DNA of 37,031 bases from Candidatus Asgardarchaeum abyssi (GCA_040225955.1 JBECUL010000018.1:1-37031); one strand, 5' to 3'. Shown: positions 18,528 to 28,546, counted from the stretch's first letter. Numbers and translations are program-made. The notes: generated from the letters alone by a model not told the origin.

Positions 18528-18886
18528 AATAGACTACCTCATGAATTTTTCATAAAAGCTTGCTAAACTATAACCTTTTCCTATTTCAAAAATTTTTTGA
18601 AAAAATAATAAAAGCGATTATTTTTTCGAGAATAAACAGATACAATTTTTAAAATTTTTATCATATATATTAGTAAGATTATAATTATTATTGTTATCAT
18701 GTGAAGATATACCTAAAATAATTCTATTCACCCAATTTGAACGTTTGTGCACCATTATCTAATTAAAATCTGTGTTAGGGGGAATTTTATATTAAAACTT
18801 TATTTTTTGCTCCCTAACACCAAAACACTAATATTGCTAACGCTTTATAAGGAAAAGGCAACAGCATTATTGCAATGTGATACTCA

Positions 18887-19459
18887 TTATAATTTAGAAG
18901 CGATCTTATAAAGATAATTAGTTTCATCACGATTTAAAATTTCATTTTGTAACTCCTTCACTCTGACAATTTCTTCTCCTAATATTTCATAAACAGGGAT
19001 ATTTCTTTTAAATGCAAAAGTAATTTCCTTGCCAACACCAGCAGTAATAAATTCCTTAAATTTTTTGAAAACAACCACATCGCATTTACTTACAATTCTT
19101 AAATAACTGTCCATGTCCTTAAATCTGTATTTTTTCGGATTAACAATAGTTGCATTTTTAAAGTGCTTCTTAATGAGGGAAATGTTCCTCTCCTCTTCTA
19201 GGGTATCGTACTCGATCATGGGATGAGCAAAATATATTTTTATTCTTTCACGCCTGAGTACTGCAATAATAAAGTTTCTTTCATTATAATTATGATCCAA
19301 AAATAATGCTGGTTTTAAGGTTTTTGCATGCACAATAACCTTTCCATACAGCCTAAATCTTTTCTTTTTTAAGAAATTCTTGTTCACAACTATGAAAGCA
19401 AAGCCTTGCCTTAAAAGAGTATCAATAACCCTTTCATTCTGCAAAATCATAATACTCAC
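18887..19459 (-). CDS. Hypothetical protein with a C-terminal nucleoside 2-deoxyribosyltransferase-like domain
   Basis: KIYFAHP...IVNP...CDVVVF...TAGVGKEITFAFKRNIPVY pattern. Confidence 0.55.
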   Translation of the reverse strand: MSIMILQNERVIDTLLRQGFAFIVVNKNFLKKKRFRLYGKVIVHAKTLKPALFLDHNYNERNFIIAVLRRERIKIYFAHPMIEYDTLEEERNISLIKKHFKNATIVNPKKYRFKDMDSYLRIVSKCDVVVFKKFKEFITAGVGKEITFAFKRNIPVYEILGEEIVRVKELQNEILNRDETNYLYKIASKL

Positions 19460-19525
19460 TTAAGCTTTACCGGAAAAATATAAGACTCCCTTAAAAATTA
19501 CTATTTAGAATGTGAAAAAGTGAAG

Positions 19526-20422
19526 TCATAGAAGCCCTAAAATTTTTAATCTAAAGCGAATTTCTTCTCTTGCCTTCCTAGTAATTGATTTAACTGGTGA
19601 ACGAGCTTTTCCATATTGGAAGCCCATAATTTCCATTATGTCCTTGAGTATTCCAGGGAAAGTTCCATACTTGAATAAATTGAAGAATTCATTAACTTTC
19701 TGTTGCAACTTTATAGCTTCACCTAGATTCCCCTCTGTAAAGTTTTCATAGAGAGAAACAAGAATGTCTGGTATAGCATTTGCACTAGCTACTACTGCAC
19801 CATCCGCACCTAAAAGCAAACCACCCAAGATATGACACTCAAGTCCTACAAGTATATGAAACTTAGCAGATCTGCATTTCTGAATTAGCTCTACAAGTTG
19901 ACTGAAGTAAGGCGTACTTTCTTTTATTCCAACGATATTTGAAATGTCTCTTAAGCGATACACAGTGTCTGGTTCTAAGTTTATGTTTGTGTTAGAGGGA
20001 TTATTATATAGGAGTATCTTTAGCTCAACGCTCTCAGCAATTTTTTTATAGTGTTCTTCTAATTCCTTTTGTGTAAGTCTTACATAGAATGGTGTAACTA
20101 CCACACCATAATCAATACCAATATCTAAAGCATATTTTGCGAGCTCTATAGTTTCTCTCGTTGTAATTCTTCCGATGCCTGCATAAATTGGAATATTTTC
20201 TCTCTTTACACTAACAGCTGCGTCCATAAGTTTTTTACATTCATCTAATGTTAACGCATAAAATTCTCCTTGCGATCCTAAAATAAAAAGTCCATGAACG
20301 CCTTTATCCATCAAATAATTAAGTAATTCTTTGAACGCATTAATATCAATATTCTCATGCTTATCAAATGGTGTTAGAACGGCAGGAATTATACCTTTTA
20401 TATTATTAGTCAATATTATCAC
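19526..20422 (-). CDS. Dihydrodipicolinate synthase / N-acetylneuraminate lyase family aldolase
   Basis: GIIPAVLTPF, LGSQGEF, TPFY, LYNNP, IVGIKES (Schiff-base Lys). Confidence 0.92.
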   Translation of the reverse strand: MIILTNNIKGIIPAVLTPFDKHENIDINAFKELLNYLMDKGVHGLFILGSQGEFYALTLDECKKLMDAAVSVKRENIPIYAGIGRITTRETIELAKYALDIGIDYGVVVTPFYVRLTQKELEEHYKKIAESVELKILLYNNPSNTNINLEPDTVYRLRDISNIVGIKESTPYFSQLVELIQKCRSAKFHILVGLECHILGGLLLGADGAVVASANAIPDILVSLYENFTEGNLGEAIKLQQKVNEFFNLFKYGTFPGILKDIMEIMGFQYGKARSPVKSITRKAREEIRFRLKILGLL

Positions 20423-20505
20423 CTAACAAAAAATACCTACATGAATTATTTTATGCTAACTTCAATAACTTAAATTTTTAGAATGAGATGATGAGCGAGA
20501 AGCGT

Positions 20506-20782
20506 TCATCGCCTCCTACTGGTGGCAAAATATAGACTATAACTCCATCAGAGAGAGTTATCTCATGGGCGTTTTTATTAGTAACATTAACACCATTAAC
20601 ACTTATTATATGATATGCCCTAAACCACCCATCTTCGAATATTAAGATATTTTTAATTTTATCGCCATATTTTAATGACAACTTAACTAAAGCCTCATAG
20701 AGATTTTCTGCATCTACTTGTGCCACTTGCTCACCAACAATTTTTCTTAGATTTTAAAAAATGATATTCTGACTCTAGCCAT
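20506..20782 (-). pseudogene. MoaD/ThiS/SAMP ubiquitin-like protein with two frameshifts
   Basis: ATG 20782 (GGTGA RBS) MARVRISFL/(shift)NLRKIVGEQ...ISVNG...LSDGVIVYILPPVGG; GGA GGC GA TGA gives PPVGGG* if one G is restored. Confidence 0.75.
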
Positions 20783-20902
20783 AATAGTTCACCATCTAAT
20801 AATCATAATATCACACCGTTATATATTTCTATCGTTAAATTAATCAAATTGGAAAACAATCATAAATTGTAACATTATTATATAGTTATACTTACGTACA
20901 AG

Positions 20903-22138
20903 GTGTTCACAATGTACTTAACTAAAGAAGAGGAAAAAATGTTAGATGGAGAATATGGCCCAGCTGTACAATATGCTATGAAAATGCTAGTTAAATATGG
21001 TGAAATATTTGATGCTGAAAAGATGGTTGAAATCAAACATGCACATATTAGCTGCACTACATGGACTATCGAATACCTATTAGCTGACTGGCTTGAAGAT
21101 TTGGTCAAGATGGGAGCCAAAGTCAGAGTGCCATCGTCGTCCATGATAACAAACATAGACATTGATCAATGGCAAGAGCTTGGAATTTCAAAGGAGTGGT
21201 ACGATAATCAAATGAAATTATTAGAGAAACTTAAAGCAATGGGTATAAAGATGGAACTAACATGCACTCCATATTTTATACCATGGGTAAACCTCAATTT
21301 TGGAGATCATGTAGCGTGGTGCGAATCGTCAGCAATAATATATGGTAACTCAGCAATAGGAATTCGTACAAACAGGGAATGTTGTCAGTCAGCTCTTTTA
21401 GCAGCTATAGCAGGTAGAACCCCAGAATTTGGATTTCACCTAAAAGAAAATAGGAAAGGAAAAGTTTTAGTAAATGTTAAGACTAAACTAAAAGGTTCTT
21501 ACGATTTCAGTATAATGGGTTATGAAATTGCACAGTACCTTGGACTAAGAACTCCTGTATTTAAAGGTGTAGAGAGAGCTAGCGTATTAGATTTAACAGT
21601 TTTATCTGCAGCACTATCTACTAGGAGCGGTGTAACAATGTTTCATATAATTGGTGCTACACCAGAAGCAAAAACGGAAGAAGAAGCTTTCCAAGGAGAT
21701 AAACCAGAGGATAAAATTGACTTTACTGATGAGGATCTGAGAAAAGCTCATAAGCAATTTAGAGTCGGTAATGAAAAGGTAGATTATGTTTATATAGGTT
21801 GCCCTCATCTTAATATGGATAATCTTAAAAAGATTGCAAATCTTCTCAAGGGAAAGAAAGTGGCAAATGGCGTTAAATTGATAATTGGTACACTTAAAGC
21901 TTTAAAGAAAATTGCTGCGGAAGAGGGTATAGAGCAAATAATAAAAGACGCAGGGGGTTACCTAATAAGCGACACTTGCTACGTTGCGATGAGACATGCA
22001 CTGGGTTATCCATCAGGAACCTTCGTTTTTAATTGCATGAAGCAGGTATATTACCTAAGAGAAGGGAAAGCGTATATTGGTAACATTAAAGAGTGTATAG
22101 ATGCTGCTATAACAGGTAGATGGAGTGTAAGAGAATGA
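20903..22138 (+). CDS. Aconitase X catalytic (large) subunit
   Basis: MYLTKEEEKMLDGEYG, TCTPY, AWCESSA, GRTPEFGFHL, IGCPH, DTC. Confidence 0.9.
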   Translation: MFTMYLTKEEEKMLDGEYGPAVQYAMKMLVKYGEIFDAEKMVEIKHAHISCTTWTIEYLLADWLEDLVKMGAKVRVPSSSMITNIDIDQWQELGISKEWYDNQMKLLEKLKAMGIKMELTCTPYFIPWVNLNFGDHVAWCESSAIIYGNSAIGIRTNRECCQSALLAAIAGRTPEFGFHLKENRKGKVLVNVKTKLKGSYDFSIMGYEIAQYLGLRTPVFKGVERASVLDLTVLSAALSTRSGVTMFHIIGATPEAKTEEEAFQGDKPEDKIDFTDEDLRKAHKQFRVGNEKVDYVYIGCPHLNMDNLKKIANLLKGKKVANGVKLIIGTLKALKKIAAEEGIEQIIKDAGGYLISDTCYVAMRHALGYPSGTFVFNCMKQVYYLREGKAYIGNIKECIDAAITGRWSVRE

Positions 22139-22557
22139 GGAAAATTATATTGAGGGGAAAACCAGTTATTGAGGGAATTGTAGAAGGAGAAGCAATAGTT
22201 ACAAAGCAGAGATTAAATTTTCTCCATGATATAAATAAAGAAACTGGTGAAATCATATTAGAGGGACACGAACTTTATGGTAAGAGTGTGAAAGACAAAA
22301 TTTTAGTGTTACCCTCAGGAGTTGGAACAGTAGGACTTTCTACAATACTATATACCCTTATAAAAAATGGCATTGGACCTAAGGGACTAATTTCCCAAGA
22401 ATTAGAAACATCTTTAACTTTTGGAGCAATATTGGCCAACATTCCTATGGTAGCTCAGCTTGACAGGAATCCCGTTGAAGTGATTGAAACAGGAGACCTT
22501 GTAAAAATAGACGGGTCAAGAGGGATAGTAGAAATAATAAAAAAGGAAGATAAATAG
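22135..22557 (+). CDS. Aconitase X swivel (small) subunit, DUF126
   Basis: GIVEGEAIVT, GHELYGKSVKDKILVLPSGVGT, GAILANIPMV; ATGA overlap with the large subunit. Confidence 0.9.
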   Translation: MRKIILRGKPVIEGIVEGEAIVTKQRLNFLHDINKETGEIILEGHELYGKSVKDKILVLPSGVGTVGLSTILYTLIKNGIGPKGLISQELETSLTFGAILANIPMVAQLDRNPVEVIETGDLVKIDGSRGIVEIIKKEDK

Positions 22558-22564
22558 CGTAATG

Positions 22565-23035
22565 CTAAATTGGGCCATACTTACCCTTTGCTACAGCTTC
22601 AATTGCATTAATTATAGGAATATATCCCGTACAGCGACAGAGTACCGAATTTATTGCTTTTTTTATTTCTTCACGTGTTGGATTGGGGTTTTGTTTTAGT
22701 AGAGCATAAGCGACTAATATCATTGCAGGTGTGCAAAAGCCACATTGAATTGCACCATGATCGATAAATGCTTTCTGTATAGGATGTAAATTATAAGGAG
22801 TGCCAATACCCTCGACGGTTGTTACTTCTTTTCCTTCAACATCTTTAAGTTTCATCAAACAAGATTTCATCGGCTTTCCATTGACTAAAATCGTACATAC
22901 GCCACAGACTCCAATATCACAACCTCTTTTAACGCTTGTAATTCCTAGCTCATTGCGTAATACCTTCAGAAGGTTCATCTCCGGATCTAAATCTAGCTCC
23001 ACCACTTTACCATTCAATTTAAATACTATCATCAA
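22565..23035 (-). CDS. Xanthine dehydrogenase/CoxS-family 2Fe-2S subunit
   Basis: KRGCDIGVCGVCT, QCGFCTP, LCRCTGY. Confidence 0.93.
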   Translation of the reverse strand: MMIVFKLNGKVVELDLDPEMNLLKVLRNELGITSVKRGCDIGVCGVCTILVNGKPMKSCLMKLKDVEGKEVTTVEGIGTPYNLHPIQKAFIDHGAIQCGFCTPAMILVAYALLKQNPNPTREEIKKAINSVLCRCTGYIPIINAIEAVAKGKYGPI

Positions 23036-25365
23036 TTATCACCTTGTTCCTTCTTCTTTTTTAGAGCTTCTAACACTTTATCTCGAGTTATAGGTAGTCT
23101 ATAAAACCTGACACCTATTGCGTGTGAAATCGCGTTTGCTATGGCAGAGGCACCTGGCTCTAATGCCGGTTCTCCTATACTTTTTGCTCCAAAAGGTCCG
23201 TTCGGATCTGGATTCTCAATGAATTCTATTTCTACTTCAGGCATATCCATAGCCCTTGCAATTCGATACTTATCAAAGTTAATTGCCTTTGGATAACCAT
23301 TTTCCACTTTAAAGTCCTCAAGCAAAGCATACCCTAAGGACCATGAGATACCACCATAAACTTGGCTCTTTGCAGCTACTGGATTTACTATTCTTCCAGA
23401 ATCATGAACTGCGTATATTTTCAATACCTTTACATTTCCAGTTTGAGTGTCCACCTCCACTTCTGCAACATTCGCACTATAGGCATAAGTGATATATGCA
23501 TTTCCCTTTCCAGTATGTGGGTCCCAGTCTATACCGGTTACATAGTGCCATCCAACGGCACTCATGTTTATCTGTCTTGCATAACAAGCTTGAACAAGCT
23601 CTTTGAAGGTTATTTTATTTTCTGGATCATCTTTAGAGAATACGTAGCCATCTCTGAATATTATCTTTTCTTCAGGAACTTTAAGTATCTCAGAAGCCAC
23701 TTTTTTCATTCTTTCCTTTATTTGCGAAACTGCATTTTTAACAGCCCATCCTCCAATAAATGTACCACGCGATGCCGATGTTGTTAAACTATATGGTGTT
23801 ACAAAGGTATCATCATTGCTATAGATTACATAATCATAGGGTACGCCAAATTCTTCGGCAGCGATTTGTGACAATGCTGTCCTAAGGCCTTGTCCATTTT
23901 CAGATACTCCACCGTACATAGAGATAGTTCCATCTGGAAACACTGTCACGTACACTCCAGCAAAATCGAAACCCTCCCCTCCAAAACTAACTCCTCTAAA
24001 GGTTATAGCAACTCCAATTCCTCTCTTAAATCTTTGATTCTTTTGATTTTTATATTCTTTCCATTTTCTTTCAAAATCAGACATCTCTACTACTTTTTTT
24101 AGGACATCCCTAATGCTTACTGTATGATTGTTTAAAACTTGCCCTGTTGCTATAACAGATCCTTGTTTAAGTGCATTTTTCATTCTAATTTCAATTGGGC
24201 TCATTCCGAGTTTTTCAGCAACCTCATCTATTAAAGATTCGATTGCGAAAAATACCTGAGGATTACCAAATCCTCGCATTGCACTGGAATTGGGGTTATT
24301 CGTTTTAACAACAACGCTGTCAATTCTAACATTGGGAATCTCATAAGCGCCTGTGGCATGTACATGAGATCTAAATAGTACCCATGGCGATGATGCACAA
24401 TATGCTCCACCATCAGCTATGTTTTTCACATCAAGTGCCACTATCGTTCCATCCTTTTTAACTCCAATTTTATACTTTAATATGTATGGATGCCTCTTTG
24501 AAGACTCAATCATGGACTCCTCTCGAGAGTATTCCATTTTTACTGGTCTACCTGTTTTCAAGGCAACTAAGGCTGCACGAACCCCCGCTAAAACTACAGC
24601 TTCATGTTTACCTCCAAACCCACCACCAAGAGTTGCTTGAATTAAGTGAATTTTATTTTGTGGCATATTAAGAGCCGTGGCGATATCTCCTCTAACAAGA
24701 TTGGGGTATTGCGCTGATGCATATATTATCAATCGATCCCCTTCTGGAACTACTACAACAGCCTCTGGTTCAAGATATGAATGTTCTATCCGTTGAGTAC
24801 GATACTCTCTTTCTATTATGAGATCTGCTTCAGCAAATCCTTTTTCAACATCACCCTTCTCTGTATGTAAGTGATCGTATATTCTATTTTCTCCTAAGAT
24901 TTCCTTCGCCTCATCTTTTAATGCTTCAAGAGGGTCATATATCCCTGGTAGTGGCTCATATTCTACTTCTATCAACTCCAGAGCTTTTTCAGCAATTTCC
25001 TCAGAAATTGCTGCAACCACAGCTAGTCCGTCAGCGATACAATTCGTAATGTCACCCTCTTTTACTAGAGGAGGAATATCTCTATGGAAAAATCCAAAAT
25101 TCTTTAAGAATGGAACATCTTTTGCTGTTATAACTGTAACAACACCTGGATACTCAAGAGCTTTCGACACATCTATCTTTTTTATCCTAGCACGAGGATA
25201 TTTTGTTCTGAGAGTTTTTGCATATAACATTCCGGGGAAATAATAATCAGCTGCGTATCTTGCTGTCCCAGTAACTTTATCGATGGCATCTTTCCTTGGT
25301 AGGGATTTACCTACTACTGAAAATTCTTTTTCCTTTTCAATAACTTTACTTATCATAGTGAACAC
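23032..25365 (-). CDS. Xanthine dehydrogenase family molybdopterin-binding subunit
   Basis: DKVTGTARYAAD, GGGFGGK, AMRGFGNPQ, ENGQG, SASRGT, AKSIGEP. Confidence 0.93.
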   Translation of the reverse strand: MFTMISKVIEKEKEFSVVGKSLPRKDAIDKVTGTARYAADYYFPGMLYAKTLRTKYPRARIKKIDVSKALEYPGVVTVITAKDVPFLKNFGFFHRDIPPLVKEGDITNCIADGLAVVAAISEEIAEKALELIEVEYEPLPGIYDPLEALKDEAKEILGENRIYDHLHTEKGDVEKGFAEADLIIEREYRTQRIEHSYLEPEAVVVVPEGDRLIIYASAQYPNLVRGDIATALNMPQNKIHLIQATLGGGFGGKHEAVVLAGVRAALVALKTGRPVKMEYSREESMIESSKRHPYILKYKIGVKKDGTIVALDVKNIADGGAYCASSPWVLFRSHVHATGAYEIPNVRIDSVVVKTNNPNSSAMRGFGNPQVFFAIESLIDEVAEKLGMSPIEIRMKNALKQGSVIATGQVLNNHTVSIRDVLKKVVEMSDFERKWKEYKNQKNQRFKRGIGVAITFRGVSFGGEGFDFAGVYVTVFPDGTISMYGGVSENGQGLRTALSQIAAEEFGVPYDYVIYSNDDTFVTPYSLTTSASRGTFIGGWAVKNAVSQIKERMKKVASEILKVPEEKIIFRDGYVFSKDDPENKITFKELVQACYARQINMSAVGWHYVTGIDWDPHTGKGNAYITYAYSANVAEVEVDTQTGNVKVLKIYAVHDSGRIVNPVAAKSQVYGGISWSLGYALLEDFKVENGYPKAINFDKYRIARAMDMPEVEIEFIENPDPNGPFGAKSIGEPALEPGASAIANAISHAIGVRFYRLPITRDKVLEALKKKKEQGDN

Positions 25366-25569
25366 CTATTCTTATTATTAATTATAAAAATCCAAAATAT
25401 ACATTTTCATATTATTTTCATAAAAGTTTTTCAGTGCACAATCATTTTTGTTGCATTTTATTCTGATTTCTCTATCAGTTAGAATAATATATATTTTCAT
25501 GAAAAAAAATTAAAATATTTTATAAAAAATTTAATTAAGTTAATATTATTTTTTTAAATCGGTGATAAC

Positions 25570-26952
25570 ATGGTGGTAACAACCTTCAAATATGACGAAC
25601 TTTTTGATGAAATACCAAAAATAGTAGTTGAACCACCTGGACCTAAAGCAAAAGTTATTATCGAGAAAAACTATAAATATGTCAGTAGGCTCCAGATGGG
25701 AATCTCAAAGATTCTACAAGTAGTTTTTGACAAAGCATATGGTGCTGTCGTACAAGATGTAGATGGGAATGTATATATAGATTTCACTGCAGCAGTTACC
25801 ACCAATAATACGGGACATACACATCCTAAAGTAGCTCAAGCTATTAAGGAGCAGTCTGAAAAGTTCTTACACGCCTATGAATATCCTACTCAAGTGAGAG
25901 CTGATGTTGCAGAGCTTCTTGCAAAGTTAGCTCCTATAAAATCCTCAGAAGTTAGAGTTATCTTTTCAAATTGTGGAACTGAAGCTAACGAGAATGCTCT
26001 TAGAATAGCAGAACAATATACAGGGAAACACGAAATTATTTCGTTCTGGGAATCTTACCATGGAAAGACAAGAGGTTCCGCAAGTATAACAACATGGAAT
26101 GTAAAAATAAGAAAGGGACTAAAAGTAGTAGGAAATATGTTAAGTGTGCCCTACCCAGATTGCAACCATTGCTTCCTTAAACATAAATATCCAGATTGTG
26201 GACTTGCATGTTTTGATTTCTTGGACTACGTCAAAGAATATCAATCCACAGATGACATAGCTGCTGTTATTATTGAACCAGTGCTTGGTGGAGGATGTAC
26301 ATACCCACCAAAAGAATGGATGAAAGCATTAAGAGAATGGACAACAGAGAATAATGTTCTTTTCATAGACGATGAGGTACAAGCAGGATTTGGAAGGACT
26401 GGGAAATTCTTCGCAATCGAACATTTTGATGTAGAGCCAGATATTATTACTGGTGGTAAAGGATTAGCAAGCGGTCTACCTGCTAGTGCTACTATAATTA
26501 GAAAAGAATATGAAGATGCTATGGTAAACGAATATGGAGGACTTTATACAAGTACTTTTGGTGGTAACCCAATTGCTATGGCTGCAGCAAAAGCCAGCTT
26601 GGAGGTATATATCGAAGAGAAACTACCAGAGCATGCAGCAGAAGTAGGAGAGCACATAATGAAAAGACTAAATGAGGAGATTAAGCCAAAGTATGACTTC
26701 CTTGGATATATTCAAGGAAAGGGCCTACTAATCGGTATTGAATTCGTTACCAAAGATGGTAAGCCAGACAAAAAGATCCCATTAAAGGCTGTAGAAAAAG
26801 CATTCAAGAAGGGCTTACTAATATTTACGACAGGGCACAAAGGCAATTTCTTGAAGATATGTCCTCCATTAGTAATCACAAAAGAATTAGCAGACAAGGG
26901 ATTAGATGTACTAGATGAAGTTTTTGCAGAAATTAAAAAAGAGATGACATAA
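25570..26952 (+). CDS. Class III PLP-dependent aminotransferase (4-aminobutyrate aminotransferase-like)
   Basis: DVDGNVYIDF, SYHG, DEVQAGFGRTG, GGKGLASG, STFGGNP. Confidence 0.93.
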   Translation: MVVTTFKYDELFDEIPKIVVEPPGPKAKVIIEKNYKYVSRLQMGISKILQVVFDKAYGAVVQDVDGNVYIDFTAAVTTNNTGHTHPKVAQAIKEQSEKFLHAYEYPTQVRADVAELLAKLAPIKSSEVRVIFSNCGTEANENALRIAEQYTGKHEIISFWESYHGKTRGSASITTWNVKIRKGLKVVGNMLSVPYPDCNHCFLKHKYPDCGLACFDFLDYVKEYQSTDDIAAVIIEPVLGGGCTYPPKEWMKALREWTTENNVLFIDDEVQAGFGRTGKFFAIEHFDVEPDIITGGKGLASGLPASATIIRKEYEDAMVNEYGGLYTSTFGGNPIAMAAAKASLEVYIEEKLPEHAAEVGEHIMKRLNEEIKPKYDFLGYIQGKGLLIGIEFVTKDGKPDKKIPLKAVEKAFKKGLLIFTTGHKGNFLKICPPLVITKELADKGLDVLDEVFAEIKKEMT

Positions 26953-27029
26953 TAGTTTAACAATATTTTTATTATTTTTATTATTTTGTTATTTGATTCT
27001 ATACTAATAAAAAGTAAGGGGGTTAAAAA

Positions 27030-27518
27030 ATTCCATTTCTGCTTGGTGACCCGGCAAAATGTACAAGATGTCATATTTGTGAACTTGTATGCTCCTTTTT
27101 TAATGCAAACGGTGTTCTTAATCCAAAAAAGGCAAGGTTGAGAATTATTGAAAGCTCGGATAATGTTTTTGATTTTCCTTTAGCTTGCAGACATTGCAAA
27201 GATGCTCCATGTATAATTGCATGTCCAGTGGGTGCTATTTCAAAAAGTAATGATGGAAAAGTCTATGTAAACAAAGATAAGTGCATTGGTTGTGGAGCAT
27301 GTGTTGAGGCATGTCCATTTGGTGCTATGTTCATGGATCCAGATGAGAATTATGCAATAAACTGCATTCTATGTGGAGAATGCGTAGATAGATGCCCGAA
27401 TAATGCATTAACAATTGTCGATATAGATATTGAAAAAATACCTACTTATCTAAAAGAGTTAGAGGGTGTTACTAGGATTACAAATCGACTAAGAGAACTT
27501 ATTAGTGAAAATCGATAA
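27030..27518 (+). CDS. 4Fe-4S dicluster (DmsB/HydN-like) electron transfer protein
   Basis: The frame of ORF 27138-27518 stays open back to 27027 and adds DPAKCTRCHICELVC; further clusters CRHCKDAPCIIACP, CIGCGACVEACP, CILCGECVDRCP; the likely start is ATT 27030. Confidence 0.85.
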   Translation: MPFLLGDPAKCTRCHICELVCSFFNANGVLNPKKARLRIIESSDNVFDFPLACRHCKDAPCIIACPVGAISKSNDGKVYVNKDKCIGCGACVEACPFGAMFMDPDENYAINCILCGECVDRCPNNALTIVDIDIEKIPTYLKELEGVTRITNRLRELISENR

Positions 27519-27933
27519 AATTAAAAGGAGAGCAGTAATCGGTTCATAGAACAATAAGAACCATTATACTGCAAATAAACTTGCAATACAATAGTTTCTC
27601 GAGTAAAGCCCTACGCATATAGTCTTCAGCCTAAGAAATACTTGATAAATCATAAGAAACTCTCTTAAAATAACGTACTTAAGATAAGAATTAAGAAATC
27701 TATCTTATTTTTATCGCTAAATAGAACTTATATGTTTATTTGATCCAAATATTGCTATGGATCATTTCACAGACATGCAAAAATAAAATTAACATAACAA
27801 TAAAAATTAGGACTTATTTTTAGTAAGAATTTTGAGAATTTAGATCTCTATCTGCAAGAGAAAGAGTAACTACAATTTTAGAGTCTGAAAAAAGAAGTTT
27901 GAAGTTTCGCTTCAAGAGGATTTTAATGTTTTA

Positions 27934-28269
27934 GTTGAATGGGAAAAGTTTAGATTTCTTTTAATTCCACCACATAGAAATACCTTCGGACGTGTCTTTT
28001 CGGCGGGCAAAGAGATTAAGAATATTGAAATATTCATTGTGAAAGATATTTTAGAGGTTGGGTTAGGTATTTTGCCAAATAGCTCAATAGATGTAATTGA
28101 ATATGAATATGCTTATTATCCTCTTTTCATCACCAAAGATTTAACGGTTTATGAAGTGGCATATAAGAAAGACCCATCAAATAGTTACTCAACAATAATA
28201 CGGAGCGATGAGGATATAAAAAAGATATCAAAAAGTAATAGAATGACCCTCCAGCTTCTAACCTTTTGA
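27934..28269 (+). pseudogene. Probable fragment of a degraded hypothetical gene
   Basis: Open frame VEWEKFRFLLIPP...YEYAYYPLFIT... with protein-like composition but no credible start; family not recognised. Confidence 0.3.
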
Positions 28270-28546
28270 AATATCGAAATCGGAAAACATTAAAGGAAAT
28301 GTCAAAATACTATTACAATATTATTTTTTGATTATGAGGCCTTTGTTGAAATTATTATTTCTTATTGTATGGATATTTTAATAAGCTTAGATCCACCTTT
28401 AGGGTGAAAGATTACGAGTTAGTAATCAGTCTGATATGCCCGTTTGGGAATATCTAATAAATTCTATATAATTATAGCTAAAGCATTCTGAAAACATAGT
28501 GATTTATAAATGGTTTTGAAATAAAACGTTATTAGGATGTGAGAAG

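Noticed and set aside
18547-25505. Shared TTTTCATAAAAG (18547, 25415) and palindrome TTTTCATGAAAA (25494-25505) as an operator
   Set aside because: On the minus strand the shared motif reads as ordinary BRE/TATA upstream of operon starts; AT-rich palindromes are expected by chance.
28387-28457. tRNA or hammerhead ribozyme
   Set aside because: No TTCRA T-loop or D-loop GG consensus; hammerhead CTGANGA, GAAA and UH elements are not in the required order.
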